NCBI GenBank assembly: GCA_964187785.1
Contig: OZ076409.1
Location: 7,194,001 to 7,258,000 of the forward strand
Reading direction: 5' to 3'
Length of the DNA stretch: 64,000 nucleotides
Origin: Amphiscolops sp. MND2022
Lineage: Eukaryota
Both the position numbers and the translations under genes were made by a program. The notes under the pieces were generated by a model that ran no database searches, was not told the DNA's origin, and saw only the letters and a list, made by a program, of their open reading frames with translations. Each line of letters opens with the position of its first letter. Position 1 is the stretch's first letter. This document shows positions 61,324-64,000 of this stretch, in pieces.

Positions 61324-62224
61324 TCAGCGCCTGTCTGAGACATATCCAGAAAATCTAAAAAACCTTTCGACTAGATTAGAGGTTGGCAAGAAGAATTTGG
61401 TACATAAATATTGCGACTCATTCTTTGGCGTTTCAAGTTTCCGGCGTTTTAGAATTCTAATAGCAACATTTTTGTCCGAACAGGGACTTGATTGAGTTTG
61501 ATTCACCAATGGTAATTTCAGTGACTCAGTTTGAACCTATGCGACGCGCAACCAATAAGTGGTTTGTTAAAATATTTCCCAAACGCCTTGTTCATCTCCG
61601 CGTTGTCCCCAATAATTGCTTTTATATTCACGAAGTTTTTACTGTAAAGATCAAGAAACCAAAGTAATAGGTCATTATGATCTTTGGCAGTGAAATTAGT
61701 TTTCTTCAAGAATGGGGCGAACGCAAGCAACGCTGTTTCATATTTATTGCTCTCGAATTAAAACGCCGCAAAGTTCCTATGAAATATGTAGGTTTCTTTG
61801 TCCAGCCATCCAAACAAATTGCAAACTTTGAGGGTAACAGTTTTCTTATTTGACCCTTGACCTCTTCCGTGATAACGTCCATGTATTTTTCGAGCGAATT
61901 GACAGAATTTGGTTCCAGGTTTGTACATAGGCGTGTCAAGGCGTGTCCCTTCTACAAGGCTGAATGGTTTTAACGAAGTGCAAATCCAGTTAACCCAACT
62001 GTATATGTTGTTAGCCTTTCGATCAATTCTACCCATTCTCTCGAAATTCACACGCGTCTGGTTTTCAACAGTCGCCTCCATGCTGAGGTTTGATGTCATT
62101 TAATAGCATTGTCTACCCATGAATTTGTTTCTGGGAAACTTTTTCCGCAGTGGTAAGTCCATTTGTGATCTTTTTCGTTTCTAATTTGGAATATCCACAG
62201 CAAAGATTTTTAGCCGACGACATG
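61324..62224 (-). pseudogene. Degraded hAT DNA-transposase (element probably extends to 63099)
   Basis: Frameshifted pieces: WICTSLKPFSLVE, ICLDGW, IIGDNA, IGCASH, LPTSNLVERFF; candidate terminus CAGGCGTTGCC (minus) at 63099. Confidence 0.88.
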
Positions 62225-62520
62225 GAATCTAGAGCAAGCCAGCAGAGCCGATGTAGTGGTATACGCCGCAGCTAGAGTTGGAATTAATTCACGCTGTGAA
62301 ATTTCCGCTGCAGTTTCTATGGAAAGCACTACGTTGTTTTCACAAAATGTCCCAATCACAAACAGTGACAATCAGCGTGAATTATTTTCATCCCTGACCG
62401 CATCGTTTGAAATTTCGAATACAGACTCGTATTTGTTCACGCGTTGACGCTTTCATTCTTTGTTTACGCGTTAATGCCTGTCATTTAAACAAGCATTATC
62501 GCCTGGATGGCCAGCAGAAA

Positions 62521-62941
62521 GGTGCCTATTCATACAGCAGAAAATGAAAATTTGGTCCCATACAGCCGAATTCAAAATACTAGCTTTTAGTGCTCTTGCA
62601 GCCAATATGTTGGATTTTGATTTATTTGAAAACGTTTGCATATTTTTTGTATGGCTCGGTCGCTTCGCTCCCTTCGCCAAGTAGCAACATTGAGGCATGG
62701 CCATATGGCACGTCGCTCCGCTTCGCTTCGTTCCTGCATTTAGGGCACTAGGGGTATGTGAACATAGCTGACTACGTTATAATAATAATTCCGACAAAAT
62801 TTGACACGCGTTTTCAGCTTAGTGAATTCAATTCGCTTTCAAGTTTCAGCCAATCAGATTTCAACATAAAGAAATATTCTGCTGTTTGAGACCAATTTTT
62901 CATTTTCTGCTGTTTGGTACTTCGGCTGTTTGGGAATTCCC
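62521..62941. mobile_element. Mutator-type MITE nested in the hAT remnant
   Basis: 9-bp TSD CAGCAGAAA (62512-62520 and 62942-62950); GG...CC ends; subterminal inverted repeats ACAGCAGAAAATGAAAA.TTGGTC. Confidence 0.72.
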
Positions 62942-64000
62942 CAGCAGAAATTTATAGCCTATAAATTTCACACAAATACATTGCAATTATTTGGCTAACG
63001 TTCAATCAATCAATTGTAATTGTAAAAAACCAAAAATCAATTAATTGATTGTAAAAAATTGGCAATGGAATCTGTCGAATCAATTTTTGGCAACGCCTGA
63101 GCCCACCAGTCAAGACCGCTAAAGTCTGAAGTCGCCAATCAAAGCCGACTGGGTAATTGCCAATTCTTCACCCCCATCAAAATTCTCACTCTTATTGAAC
63201 ATTATTCAGTTTTTCCTGTTGAAACAACGGATTGACAAATTTCTTCATTAAGAAATTATTTTGTTCTCAAATGCCAAAACTAGCTTGTTAAGTTACAAAA
63301 TGTCAAACCTGACCTTACCAGTGGGTTTTTGATTCATTAAACATGTTCAATTAGGTTTAGTAAGTTGTGCGCAAAGTCTGCTCGCAAAGCAAGTTTGGGT
63401 GGCGCTTTTGTCTGGTGCATTTTTCTCTGTACACGCTAGAAAATTTAATCAAAAAACTTGTTTCAGTGCGTTTCCCCTAGAATATTTGCATTTTTAATGA
63501 TTGCTATCAAAAATACGAATCCCATTTATTTTTACTAATAACCCAGTTATGTCCCATCGAATTCTCAACAGTGGACCAATGGAAATCGAACATAATGCGG
63601 TGACAACGCATTGGTGTACATCCTACGTACAGCAAGTAGACCAATGGACCTTTCCGATGTAACAATTGGAACTTTTTTAAAGGTACAAATTTCAAAAAAA
63701 TCTAACTGGTACTGGTGTTCTTGGTAGTATTTTTTTACTATCAGTCTACGCTTCAGTTGACGCTTTTGAAAACTACTTTTTTGCAACGAGCGAGACTTTC
63801 ACAGTGACACATTTTTTTCAGAGTTATTTTGGATTCCGCACCAGATCTGCGAATCGATGGCCTAGTTGTTAAAGCGTTGAAGTAAAAAGCCGAGAGACGC
63901 AGGTTCAAAACGTCTCAAATGTGGTTGTGTTTCCGAAATAAACTACCGAAAACCTGTTTCCGGATGCAACCAAATTATAGTGATAAAATCTAAATATAAC

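Overview
AT-rich eukaryotic (metazoan-like) DNA, mostly transposable elements. It holds three Ty3/Gypsy LTR retrotransposons. Element 1 (minus, <1-12456) has one open gag-pol ORF of at least 2907 aa, absent from the ORF track because it runs off the window. Its extras are a duplicated, degenerate protease and a post-integrase tail with AT-hooks, a Cys cluster and a degenerate TARG1-type macrodomain. Element 2 (minus, 24252-38322, TSD CTGTG) is decayed and has two inverted U5 ends. Element 3 (plus, 40898-56469, TSD GTATG, ~99% identical 1.57-kb LTRs) is young. Elements 2 and 3 share an unusual design: (i) Gag starts deep inside the LTR and reads through the same PBS, which encodes MVTGA; (ii) between pol and the 3' LTR lies an antisense, intron-containing gene for a BED-finger, apparently catalytically dead hAT-transposase-like protein, with three introns conserved in position and phase. 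Element 3 also has an extra sense ORF running through the PPT into the 3' LTR. Between the elements are ~9 HINE/Helentron-like repeats, several MITEs, a degraded hAT transposase, and five phase-compatible small exons of a probable host gene whose introns contain elements 2 and 3. All translations and alignments were done by eye.
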